NCBI GenBank assembly: GCA_963674695.2
Contig: CAXXGI010000003.1
Coordinates: forward strand, 640,001 to 704,000
Direction of reading: 5' to 3'
From: a bacterium
Lineage (GTDB): Bacteria; UBA10199; 2-02-FULL-44-16; JAAZCA01
DNA length: 64,000 nt
Shown: one piece after another, positions 50,569 through 59,453 of the stretch
Position numbering within the stretch: the first letter of the stretch is position 1
Layout: the number at the start of each line of letters is the position of its first letter
The notes under the pieces: generated by a model
Database searches by the model: none
What the model saw: only the letters and a program-made list of their open reading frames with translations
Told to the model about the DNA's origin: nothing
Made by a program: the position numbers and the translations under genes

Positions 50569-51594
50569 CTACACATATTCCCGCACCAAGACCTCTGCGA
50601 TTTGGACGGCATTGAGCGCCGCCCCTTTGCGCAGATTGTCGGAGACGATCCAGAGCGACAGGCCGTTCGCAACGGTGGCATCGCGCCGAATGCGCCCCAC
50701 AAAGACAGGATCCTTGCCAACCGCGTCGATCGCCATGGGAAAGCGCGACTGTTCCACATCGTCGACCACCTCTATGCCGGAACTTGTGTTCAGGATTTCG
50801 CGGGCCTGTTCGGGCGAGAGCGGCTCAGCCAGCTCGAGGTGAATCGCCTCGGAATGCGCACAGAAGACCGGCACGCGCACAGCGGTGGCCGCCACGCGGA
50901 GATCCGGGGCATGCATGATCTTGGGCGTTTCAAGCACGAGCTTGCGCTCCTCCTCGCTGATGCCGTCAGACCCCACGGGACCGATCTGCGGAATACAGTT
51001 GAACGCGATGCGATGCGAAAAGACCTTCGGCTCCGGCATCTCCGCACTCGAAAACATGCCGACCGACTGCTGCGAGAGCTCCTCCATCGCTTCGAGTCCC
51101 GCACCCGATACGGACTGATAGGTGTCGACCACCACGCGCTTGATGTGCGCGCGGGCATGGAGCGGAGCGAGCACCAGGACCATCTGGATGGTCGAACAAT
51201 TCGGATTAGCGATGATGCGACGCTGCGTGAACAGGGCGATGTCCTCCGGATTCACCTCGGGGATGACGAGCGGCACATCCTCGTCCATGCGAAAGGCGCT
51301 CGTGTTATCGATGACCACGGCGCCTGCCCGCGCCGCGATCGGGGCAAACTCACGGCTGATCTCACCGCCGGCGGAGAAGAGCGCGATATCCACACCGTCA
51401 AAGGAATCCGGACCCAGCACCTCGACCGGAAGACGCTGCTGGCCAAAACAGATCTCTTTGCCCAGCGAGTTCGCCGATGCCAGCGGCACCAAGCGCCCCA
51501 CCGGAAAGGCACGTTCGGAAAGAATGCTCGCCATCTCGCCGCCGACAGCTCCTGTGGCCCCAACGATGGCAACGGTGTATTGTTTTTCGCTCAT
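50569..51594 (-). CDS. asd: Aspartate-semialdehyde dehydrogenase
   Basis: VAIVGATGAVG, IDNTSAFRM, IIANPNCSTIQM, TYQSVSGAG, SDNLRKGAALNAVQIAE. Confidence 0.97.
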   Translation of the reverse strand: MSEKQYTVAIVGATGAVGGEMASILSERAFPVGRLVPLASANSLGKEICFGQQRLPVEVLGPDSFDGVDIALFSAGGEISREFAPIAARAGAVVIDNTSAFRMDEDVPLVIPEVNPEDIALFTQRRIIANPNCSTIQMVLVLAPLHARAHIKRVVVDTYQSVSGAGLEAMEELSQQSVGMFSSAEMPEPKVFSHRIAFNCIPQIGPVGSDGISEEERKLVLETPKIMHAPDLRVAATAVRVPVFCAHSEAIHLELAEPLSPEQAREILNTSSGIEVVDDVEQSRFPMAIDAVGKDPVFVGRIRRDATVANGLSLWIVSDNLRKGAALNAVQIAEVLVREYV

Positions 51595-51663
51595 AGTTCC
51601 CTTCTCTCTGCTGTCATCTCGCTTGCCCGCCGGCTTTGTGGCGGGACCGGATGACACAAAGAT

Positions 51664-51855
51664 TGTCATCCCGACCGAGTGAAACGAGTGGAGGGATCTC
51701 ATGAGATCCTTCGACTCGTCCGTCCCGGTCTCGCTCAGGATGACATCAATTGCACATCGCGCCCGAAATCGACTGTCATCTCGACCGACCGGAGGGAGTG
51801 GAGAGATCTCATGAGATCCTTCGACTCGTCCGTCCCGGTCTCGCTCAGGATGACA
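51664..51855. repeat. Tandem pair of family B palindromic elements
   Basis: Two 82-bp copies (51664-51745, 51774-51855) sharing GATCTCATGAGATCCTTCGACTCGTCCGTCCCGGTCTCGCTCAGGATGACA. Confidence 0.85.
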
Positions 51856-51861
51856 TCGTCC

Positions 51862-52155
51862 TCACCCCTTCCGAAAGAGGTCGTCGAGTTTTCCCTTCGC
51901 CTCATCGGCGCGTTTGTGTTCGTCTTCGGCATCGCGACCAAACTGGAAGAACTCACAAAAATTCGAGGTCTCCTTGTCGGAGACGATCTGCGACTGATTC
52001 TCTCGGCATTGATTGTGATAGGTGCGATCGTAGAGTGCGCACTGCAGACAGCAGTGCAGGTCGCGCTTGCAGGAGGGGCATTCTTCCAAGCGCCCCACCC
52101 GGTCGATGATCTCCACTTCCGCTCCGCAGAAGGTACATCGGCCGGTCTTGGTCAT
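51862..52155 (-). CDS. Small Cys-rich (zinc-binding-like) hypothetical protein
   Basis: CTFC, CPSC, HCCLQC, QCRE, NFCEFF; start overlaps the pssA stop (ATGA). Confidence 0.8.
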   Translation of the reverse strand: MTKTGRCTFCGAEVEIIDRVGRLEECPSCKRDLHCCLQCALYDRTYHNQCRENQSQIVSDKETSNFCEFFQFGRDAEDEHKRADEAKGKLDDLFRKG

Positions 52156-53030
52156 CTCCCCTTCTCCTCCGGCGGCATCGCCTCATCATCGTGCGAAGAT
52201 TCCTCGTCGTCGATATAGAGGTCTTTCCCGCCGATGACGGCCAACCGTTTTCGTTCGGCCCGCTCCTCGCGCGAACGACGCACACGGCGCACGAAGCGGC
52301 GGCTCTGCCGCAGCGTAATCAGCTCTTCAACCACGCCGGAGGCGACATATCCGAGCACCAGAACGAACATGGTGATCTCAGGCTTGATGGCCACAACGAA
52401 GACGCCGATCACAAAGAGCACGAGGGCAAAGAAGGAATACCGCCCGCGCAGATCGACCACCTTCATGCTGCGATAGCGGATCGTCGAAACCATGAGCAGT
52501 GCCAGCGTCATGGCAAGCCCTGCGACCAGCCAGCTTCCCTCGGGCGGAAACGTGAACAGGTGCTGATAGAAGATGACGAACGTCGCGATCACATAGGCCG
52601 CGATCGGAATAGGCAAGCCTTGAAAATATTCCACCTCGACATCGTCGTGCTGAACGTTGAAGCGCGCCAGGCGTAACGCGCCGCAGGCAAAGTAGAGGAA
52701 GGCCGCCAGCCACCCGAATTTCTTGAGGCCATAGAGCGACCAGGTATAGACGAGGATTCCGGGAGCAAGCCCAAAGGAAGACAGATCGACGAGCGAGTCG
52801 TATTCGATGCCAAACTGACTCTCGGCCTTGGCCAGGCGTGCAAGACGCCCATCGAGCAGGTCGAAGATGCCCGCGAGCAAAATCGCCCAGGCCGCATAAG
52901 CGAACTCTCCCGAGAGCGATTTGACGACGGAGAAAAAACCACAGAAGAGACTGGCGGTGGTGCAGATGTTCGGCAGGAGGTAGACTCCCCGCTTCATCCC
53001 CTCGCGCCGCTTGTTCATTTTCATATTCAT
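52152..53030 (-). CDS. pssA: CDP-diacylglycerol--serine O-phosphatidyltransferase
   Basis: LLPNICT, FDLLDGRLAR..SQFGIEYDSLVDLSSFGLAP, GALRLARFN, FQGLPIP. Confidence 0.95.
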   Translation of the reverse strand: MNMKMNKRREGMKRGVYLLPNICTTASLFCGFFSVVKSLSGEFAYAAWAILLAGIFDLLDGRLARLAKAESQFGIEYDSLVDLSSFGLAPGILVYTWSLYGLKKFGWLAAFLYFACGALRLARFNVQHDDVEVEYFQGLPIPIAAYVIATFVIFYQHLFTFPPEGSWLVAGLAMTLALLMVSTIRYRSMKVVDLRGRYSFFALVLFVIGVFVVAIKPEITMFVLVLGYVASGVVEELITLRQSRRFVRRVRRSREERAERKRLAVIGGKDLYIDDEESSHDDEAMPPEEKGR

Positions 53031-53086
53031 TTCACATTTCCTTCACAGCGGGAACGCCTCTCGGGGAATCAGGTTATCGGGAAGGG

Positions 53087-53758
53087 TCACACCATGGTTC
53101 CGAGAATGGTCGCCCCCCCACGGACACGATCGCCGGAGTTCACACTCACGGCCGTTTCGGGGGGAAGATAGAGATCGACACGCGAACCGAAGCGGATGAG
53201 ACCGTAGCGGTCGCCCCGCAAACGCCGATCGCCCTCCTGGCAATAGCAGACGATACGCCGCGCGACGAGCCCTGCGATCTGCACCATGACCATTTCGCGA
53301 CCCGCATCGTCCTCGAGAATCAGGACATTGCGCTCGTTGTGCTCGCAGGCCTTGTCGAGGCTGGCCACGAAAAAACGCCCGGCATGATAGATGATGCGTT
53401 TCACCTTCGCGGAGACCGGAAAGCGATTCATGTGGACGTTGAAGACGGACATAAAGATGGAGATCTTCGTGGAGGAAACATCGGTGTGCGGCGCGCGCAC
53501 ATTGCGTTCGACTGAGAGTACGCGCCCGTCGGCAGGAGCGATGATCGCTCCCGACTCCTGCGGCACCGCTCGTTCCGGATTGCGGAAGAAGAAGACCACG
53601 AAGGCCGTCAGCCCGAGCATGAGCACCGAACCGATGCCCCAGCCAACCGACCAGAGCAAAAGCGTGGCGACAATCCCGATGCCGATAAACGGAAACCCTT
53701 CGCGCGCAACGATGAGTTGCTTCGGCTCCTGCCGATAGATGGGAAGTGTCATGTCCAT
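53087..53758 (-). CDS. psd: Phosphatidylserine decarboxylase proenzyme
   Basis: FFRNPER, APADG, ISIFMSVFNVHMNR, QIAGLVARRI, IRFGSRVD cleavage motif. Confidence 0.95.
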   Translation of the reverse strand: MDMTLPIYRQEPKQLIVAREGFPFIGIGIVATLLLWSVGWGIGSVLMLGLTAFVVFFFRNPERAVPQESGAIIAPADGRVLSVERNVRAPHTDVSSTKISIFMSVFNVHMNRFPVSAKVKRIIYHAGRFFVASLDKACEHNERNVLILEDDAGREMVMVQIAGLVARRIVCYCQEGDRRLRGDRYGLIRFGSRVDLYLPPETAVSVNSGDRVRGGATILGTMV

Positions 53759-53801
53759 CCTCTGCTCCTTCAGAACGATATTGATGATGACCTCGGGCGC
53801 C

Positions 53802-54029
53802 CTACTCGCCCTTTCGATAGTTGACGAGGATCTTCTCGATCTCATCGCGACCCATGAGCTTGAGCTTCTGCAGATTCTTGCGCTCGATCTCATCTTCAGG
53901 CGTGAGATACGACTTGTTGTTGTACTCCTCCAACTTCACCTCAAAGTCCTTATGTTCCTTGTAGAGCTTGGCCAGGCGGGAGTCATCGACCAGGTGCTTT
54001 TCGATCAGTTCAATCTCATACGCTTCCAT
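53802..54029 (-). CDS. DUF465 (YdcH-like) small coiled-coil protein
   Basis: LYKEH...YLTPEDEIERKNLQKLKLMGRDEI; GGAGG RBS. Confidence 0.82.
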   Translation of the reverse strand: MEAYEIELIEKHLVDDSRLAKLYKEHKDFEVKLEEYNNKSYLTPEDEIERKNLQKLKLMGRDEIEKILVNYRKGE

Positions 54030-54043
54030 GAAAACCTCCTCTG

Positions 54044-54176
54044 AAAAAGGGCCTGGTGCTCGTTTTCAGCGCCAGACCCCATTCGCCTCTGTTCGAGGGC
54101 AGGCGCAGTAAAAGGGCCTGCCCCGTTAGTGATCATTCATGGTTCTATCCTATCCAAACCAAACCGGGCCTGTCAA
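54044..54176 (-). promoter_or_regulatory. Promoter plus structured 5' leader with a terminator (candidate attenuator)
   Basis: TTGACA-N18-TAGGAT; hairpin GGGCAGGC..GCCTGCCC; terminator GGGTCTGGCGCT..AGCACCAGGCCC-TTTTT immediately before the RBS. Confidence 0.55.
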
Positions 54177-54243
54177 GGAATGGCTTGATATTTCAAGAGT
54201 TTTTGGCTATTTCCCTACTGAAATCAACGCAAAAAACCGGTGA

Positions 54244-54301
54244 TTGACTCTCTCCCCCTCAAATGGCATAATATTACTCGATAATAACTATGGATAGTTA
54301 T
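54244..54301 (+). promoter_or_regulatory. abiE promoter and operator palindrome
   Basis: TTGACT-N17-CATAAT; perfect dyad ATAACTAT-GG-ATAGTTAT at 54284-54301. Confidence 0.7.
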
Positions 54302-54315
54302 TTACTGGTATCCTT

Positions 54316-54951
54316 ATGAAATTTGAAGCCTTTCAATACTGCGTCAAGGACATGGTCATTCTCACCAATGACGTCCTGCGCCACATCCTTGGAGACACGC
54401 CCTCTGCGCGCAACCTCCTTCATCGCTGGGCAAAGGAAGGACGCCTCATCCGCCTCAAACGTGGATTCTATGTCCTGGCCGAGCGTTACCGTCGACCACA
54501 ATCGTTTCTTTCATTCGTCATCGCCAACCGCTTGAGCTCCCCCTCCACCATCTCCCTCGACTCGGCCCTGGCCTACCACGGAATGATTCCGGAACGCGTC
54601 GTCGAAATCACCTCCGTCAGCCTCAAACGCACAAAGGACTTTGTAAACCCCTTCGGCCGATTCACCTACCGAAAGCTTTCGCGTGGAGCCTATTCGCAGG
54701 GCATCATCATCGAAGGCTCTGAAACAGAGCGCTTTCTCATCGCTGATCGCGAAAAGGCGCTGCTCGATAAAATCTATTTCTCCCATGCTCAGCGGCACTT
54801 CCATATCTCCTATCTCATCGATTCCCTGCGCATTGAGGAGGAGGATATCCTTCGACTGAATTTCGATCGGCTCACCGAATATGCCGCACACTATCCAACG
54901 AAGAAGATGAAGCAGGTCGTCACAACCATGAGGAGACACTATGGGACTTGA
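54316..54951 (+). CDS. AbiEi-family type IV antitoxin / transcriptional regulator
   Basis: LHRWAKEGRLIRLKRGFY, PSTISLDSALAYHGMIPE, IADREKALLD. Confidence 0.88.
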   Translation: MKFEAFQYCVKDMVILTNDVLRHILGDTPSARNLLHRWAKEGRLIRLKRGFYVLAERYRRPQSFLSFVIANRLSSPSTISLDSALAYHGMIPERVVEITSVSLKRTKDFVNPFGRFTYRKLSRGAYSQGIIIEGSETERFLIADREKALLDKIYFSHAQRHFHISYLIDSLRIEEEDILRLNFDRLTEYAAHYPTKKMKQVVTTMRRHYGT

Positions 54952-55786
54952 AATCATCCGGGAACGCTTGCGAACACATTTCGCGTTGAACCCTGAATCT
55001 GCTGAAATCATGGCGCTTGAAAACGCCCTCAAAGAAACCATGCAGGAGATTGCCTTGAGAGGACTGGCGCTCAACGGTTTTTTTCAGGATGCGATCTTCC
55101 AGGGAGGCACCTGCCTGCGCATTCTGCACCGCATGCCGAGATTTTCAGAGGATCTGGATTTTACGCTGGGCGAAAAGAAACACGGATACGAAATGGCGCC
55201 ACATCTCAAAGCCGTACAAGAGGAGCTCTTTGCCTTCGGCATCGACACACAGGTTCAGCATGATCCGGACAAGACCTCCGCCGTCATGAAGGCCGTCATC
55301 AAGGCCCCCTCAATCGAAGCCATTCTCGGCCGAAGATCTGCCGCGGGGCGTCTCAGAAATATTCGAATCAAGGTGGAGATCGACGTAAATCCACCGGCGG
55401 GTCACACCACGGAGATCAAACCGCTCCTGTGGCCCTCACCCGTCTCCATCGTTGCGCATGACATCCCTTCCCTCTTTGCAGGGAAATTACATGCCGTGCT
55501 GACCCGACCGTATGACAAGGGGAGAGATTGGTATGATCTGGCCTGGTACGTGCAACGACGCGCCGAAATCAATTTTACCGCTCTCAAGAATGCGCTCGTT
55601 CAAACATCATCATGCGATGCGTGTACCAGCATCAACGCCGAAACGGTTAAAGAGATGCTCATCGCTCGACTCGAGCAGATGAATCTCGAGCAGGTCAAGG
55701 CCGATGTCAGGCCGCTCGTCCCTGATGGGCGTGAGGTCAACATGTGGGATAAGAATCTCTTCCGAGGAATCATTGAACAGATCTGA
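54941..55786 (+). CDS. AbiEii-family nucleotidyltransferase toxin
   Basis: FQGGTCLR...RFSEDLDF, IKVEID, LFAGKLHA..R..KGRDWYDL; overlaps the antitoxin gene. Confidence 0.92.
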   Translation: MGLEIIRERLRTHFALNPESAEIMALENALKETMQEIALRGLALNGFFQDAIFQGGTCLRILHRMPRFSEDLDFTLGEKKHGYEMAPHLKAVQEELFAFGIDTQVQHDPDKTSAVMKAVIKAPSIEAILGRRSAAGRLRNIRIKVEIDVNPPAGHTTEIKPLLWPSPVSIVAHDIPSLFAGKLHAVLTRPYDKGRDWYDLAWYVQRRAEINFTALKNALVQTSSCDACTSINAETVKEMLIARLEQMNLEQVKADVRPLVPDGREVNMWDKNLFRGIIEQI

Positions 55787-56920
55787 TCAGCGCTGGCGGT
55801 CGGCTCTGCGCTGCAGCCGTTCCAAGCGTTCCAGCGGATTGTAGTCGCGCACCTCGGTCAGCTCGATCTCAAAGGTCTTTTCATCTCTGCGCGGGTGAAC
55901 CTGCACCTGGCTGACCTTGGCATAGGAGGTCGACTTCTCCGCACGGCGATAGGCCTCGCCCAGGTAATGCTCGATCGGCCTCTCTACCGGACGGCGAAAA
56001 CGCACGACCACCAGCCCCGGCGCTGTAACCTCGACGGTGAAGGCGTTCCCCTTCGGGAGAGCTCCATGATCCTGCATACTTGTGATCTGCTTCTGCATCT
56101 GATCCTGCAGCTTCACCTTATAGTCGATCAACTCCGATCGCTGAAAGATGCTCGGCTGTTTATACTCGCTGGCCAGCCCCATATCGCCGGGAATTGCTTT
56201 ATAGATCTTCTCAAAAGAGGCCTGCGGGTCCTTGAGGTCGATCGGAATATGCTGCTGATCCGAAAACAACGCCGGCTTCGTGGGGTGAGAGAGCTGCAGA
56301 TCCAGGTGATCACCGTTCATCTTGCAGACGTGCACCTCGAACCCGGCGTCTACGAGCGCACGCTGCACATTCGCAAGCCCCGTCTTGACGACGTCATGCT
56401 TGGCACGCACCCCAACCTTCTTTGCAATCGCCTCATCGAGCGATGTATCCCCATAGCAGTTCATGCCCCCTGCGATGGTCACATCGAAGGTCTCTTTCGA
56501 TCCCAGAAATGGATCCCCGATGGTGACCTTGAGTTCCCCATCCTGGCCGGCCATCTCGATGCCGGCCACGACAAATCCGCCCTTATGGGCCTTGGTGTAG
56601 ACCGAATTGATCGAGCACCGAACCCCCTCATAGAACCGGATCAGCGGCTTGAGGGCATCGGGCGCTTCCTGCATGAGCTTCTGTGTGTCCCACTTCTCAT
56701 AACAGGCATTGCTGTAATCCTCGCATTTGCGCCCGAAGTCCGTGGAAGCGTCCCGAAAGCTCCCCATCACCTTCGTCCCGCTCTCCATCGCGACATCCGC
56801 GATTTCGCTTGAATCGACGACGAGCTCGTCCTCTTCGCCATAGAGATCGAAGCGCTCGCAGAACTCGCGCAGCTCGCTCCCCTCGGGGAGCTTGGAATAA
56901 TCAAATTTGATGTCGGTCAT
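55787..56920 (-). CDS. Hypothetical protein
   Basis: 377 aa open frame, GGAGG RBS, host-like codon usage, no signal peptide, no family recognised. Confidence 0.72.
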   Translation of the reverse strand: MTDIKFDYSKLPEGSELREFCERFDLYGEEDELVVDSSEIADVAMESGTKVMGSFRDASTDFGRKCEDYSNACYEKWDTQKLMQEAPDALKPLIRFYEGVRCSINSVYTKAHKGGFVVAGIEMAGQDGELKVTIGDPFLGSKETFDVTIAGGMNCYGDTSLDEAIAKKVGVRAKHDVVKTGLANVQRALVDAGFEVHVCKMNGDHLDLQLSHPTKPALFSDQQHIPIDLKDPQASFEKIYKAIPGDMGLASEYKQPSIFQRSELIDYKVKLQDQMQKQITSMQDHGALPKGNAFTVEVTAPGLVVVRFRRPVERPIEHYLGEAYRRAEKSTSYAKVSQVQVHPRRDEKTFEIELTEVRDYNPLERLERLQRRADRQR

Positions 56921-56953
56921 GGCAAAACCTCCGAATAGTTGTTTGATGGTGAA

Positions 56954-57035
56954 CTCCCCTCCTTTGTAAGGAGGGGTCGGGGGAGGTAGATCCCGAACTA
57001 CCCCACCCTCACCCTCCCCTTACAAAGGGGAGGGA
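56954..57035. repeat. Palindromic element (family E)
   Basis: CTCCCCTCCTTTGTAAGGAGGGG...CCCCACCCTCACCCTCCCCTTACAAAGGGGAGGGA. Confidence 0.7.
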
Positions 57036-57054
57036 ACACAGATCTTCACCCTTG

Positions 57055-57084
57055 TTATCGGCTCGCCGACCCCCTGAAGTTGCG
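57055..57084 (-). promoter_or_regulatory. Putative sigma-28-like promoter of the 377-aa hypothetical gene
   Basis: Minus strand CGCAACTTCA-N12-GCCGATAA. Confidence 0.68.
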
Positions 57085-57206
57085 TCGGGTGTGAACCAAT
57101 ATCGCCATCATTTCCGCCGGGGGCTCCAGTTCCTCCGACGAGGAGAACATTCGCCGGACACTTCTAAGGAACCGGCGTATCTCGTTGATTTATATGGGCT
57201 CTATTG

Positions 57207-57222
57207 TGGCACAGCGCTTGCA
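57207..57222 (+). promoter_or_regulatory. Putative sigma-54 promoter
   Basis: TGGCACAGCGCTTGCA, near-consensus TGGCAC-N5-TTGCA. Confidence 0.78.
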
Positions 57223-57261
57223 ATTACTCATTCCATCGAGGGGACCATCTGGAGACTCACT

Positions 57262-59283
57262 ATGCCACGAACCAAGATCGCCATCCTCTTCATCATCCTC
57301 GCCTTCTCACTCCAGGGCTGTATGGGCTGCGGGGCCACGGGCGGAGATGACCCGAATCCAAATCCAGCCCCCCCTTCCAATGATGATGTGACCATAACAA
57401 GCACCGCGGTCATCTATACGGCCAGCGATGGCAATGATCTCGAGATCTTCATGGCCGATGCCGCCACGGGCGAGACCAAGCAGCTCACGAACAATGAAAC
57501 GAACGACCAAAACGCCATATCCCTGCCGGATGCCTCACTTGTGGCCTACAACTGTGATGACGGCGCCGATCGGGAGATCTGTCTCGTCGACACCAAGAGC
57601 GGGCAGACCCATCAGCTCACAAACGATTCTGCCTCGAACCGCATCTTCGCCTGGATGGGCGACGGCCGTTATCTGCTCACCTTTCGCGGACGCGTGAACG
57701 ACACGCTCGCGCGCTATGAACGCTTCGATCTGCGCGAGGGCGGACGCAAGACGTTCGATCTGCAGGCGATCGTCGGAACGGATGCGTTGATCACGATCGT
57801 CGGAAGATCCTTCGGTAGTAATCGCATGCTCACGATTGGCCCCACAATCTCCTCCGGAACGCACCTGCTCGTTCGACGCTTCGACGAAGACCCCATGAGG
57901 GCGGTCTCGACCTATGGACTGGTGGACGTCGCCGACGCCTCCTATCGGGAACTCATCGCCGCCCCGCGAAGCAGACCAGAGTGGATCGACGATGAACGCA
58001 TCGTTGTCGCGACCGGGCCGTTCAGTGCGGAGAAATCTGACGTCACCCTCTTCGACACCGCGGGCAATCAGGAGACAATCGCCGAATCGGTGGAGGACTG
58101 GTCGGCCTGCGCGCGCTATCCCCGTTTGCGCGCACTCGGCTCTGAACGCGAGCACCTTATCACCGACAAGATCGTCGCACTCATCGACGGCGGAGCCACA
58201 CTTCGCATCTATGACACCCTCAATGAGGCTTCAACCGACGTCCCCTTTGAGGGAACGAGCCAACGCAACGAGGTCCACTGCAACGGTGGCGATCGGGTGG
58301 TCATCGTGCGCGACGCGGAGATCCTGATGATCGACACCGCCGATGCCACGCAGACGAGCTGGACGCCGCCTGCGGATTTTGCGCGTACAGCGGAACTCTC
58401 GCCGGACGGCCATTATCTGGCCTATCACACCGATGTCGAGGAGCTCGAACCCCTGCGCATCTTAAACCTCACGGACGGATCCTTCAGCCCGACGATCGGA
58501 GTAGCAGGACGCTTCTCCGGGTCGGTCCATCCGAATTCCGCCTATAGCTTCACGACGGATGAACGATTTTATCAGTACGACAGTGTGCGCGATGTCGCCA
58601 CCGCAGCTGAAGTGGAACCGGGGTGGGATTATGTCATCACCCTGTCTCGCGGGCCGGGTGCGATCGTGGCCACCGGCGATACAACCGATGAACATCTCGA
58701 GATCCGTCCCTTCGACGGCGGAGATCCAATAACACTCGTTGGAGCAATCCCACATGCAATGGATAGATATTTCACGACCACCATCGCTCAGTGGGTCCAG
58801 GCAAGCGGGGAGCTCATCGAGCCCGAGGGATTGACGCCGAGCACTCAGACACCGAAACCGACGATCAGCGATCCTATGGTGAGCTGCTCACAACAGACCG
58901 GCATGATGTCTTCATGGGGTTCGATGAACGGCATGGAGATGGAAGTCTATCTGGCCGAGGTCGGTCAGGAGTGCACGGGATCGTTCTACGTCTCCTCGCG
59001 CAACGCATCGGCGAACATCGCCGTCGCCATGGGATCCGCGGGCACCGAATCCATCCCTGCGGGACTCACGTCAATCCCGGAATGCGAGGTCATGGATTTC
59101 TCCACCACGGAGACGACCCCCGCACCCTGGTATACGGGCGGAACAACGCTCGCCTGCAGCATCGCCATCACCCCCAACAGCGCGCACACGGGCGAACACA
59201 ACATTCGCCTCACCGCCCGCGACCTCGACAATAATACGAGCGCGTATCATTCCTTCTGGCTGGTGGTGGAAGAAGCGGAGTGA
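57262..59283 (+). CDS. Lipoprotein with TolB-like beta-propeller repeats and a C-terminal Ig-like domain
   Basis: Lipobox LQG-C; EIFMADA.TGETKQLTNN, EICLVD..SGQTHQLTND, LSPDGHYLAY; C-terminal GEHNIRLTARD..F.LVVE. Confidence 0.8.
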   Translation: MPRTKIAILFIILAFSLQGCMGCGATGGDDPNPNPAPPSNDDVTITSTAVIYTASDGNDLEIFMADAATGETKQLTNNETNDQNAISLPDASLVAYNCDDGADREICLVDTKSGQTHQLTNDSASNRIFAWMGDGRYLLTFRGRVNDTLARYERFDLREGGRKTFDLQAIVGTDALITIVGRSFGSNRMLTIGPTISSGTHLLVRRFDEDPMRAVSTYGLVDVADASYRELIAAPRSRPEWIDDERIVVATGPFSAEKSDVTLFDTAGNQETIAESVEDWSACARYPRLRALGSEREHLITDKIVALIDGGATLRIYDTLNEASTDVPFEGTSQRNEVHCNGGDRVVIVRDAEILMIDTADATQTSWTPPADFARTAELSPDGHYLAYHTDVEELEPLRILNLTDGSFSPTIGVAGRFSGSVHPNSAYSFTTDERFYQYDSVRDVATAAEVEPGWDYVITLSRGPGAIVATGDTTDEHLEIRPFDGGDPITLVGAIPHAMDRYFTTTIAQWVQASGELIEPEGLTPSTQTPKPTISDPMVSCSQQTGMMSSWGSMNGMEMEVYLAEVGQECTGSFYVSSRNASANIAVAMGSAGTESIPAGLTSIPECEVMDFSTTETTPAPWYTGGTTLACSIAITPNSAHTGEHNIRLTARDLDNNTSAYHSFWLVVEEAE

Positions 59284-59307
59284 GATCGAGCGCATTATTC
59301 CGAAGGG

Positions 59308-59444
59308 TGTCATTCCTGCATACCGAAGCTTGTCATTCCCGCGAAGGCGGGAATCTCGATTGTCACAAAACGTCGAGATCCCCGCTTTCGCGAGGATGAC
59401 AAAACCAAGTCCGTCGGGATCCTTCGCTTCGCTCGAGGATGACA
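59308..59444. repeat. REP cluster (family A doublet plus a family B half)
   Basis: TGTCATTCCCGCGAAGGCGGGAATCTCG...CGAGATCCCCGCTTTCGCGAGGATGACA; GATCCTTCGCTTCGCTCGAGGATGACA. Confidence 0.8.
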
Positions 59445-59453
59445 CAGCGATGG

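Noticed and set aside
54200-59300. AbiE region as a prophage or integrative element
   Set aside because: No integrase, att-like repeats, tRNA or phage genes.
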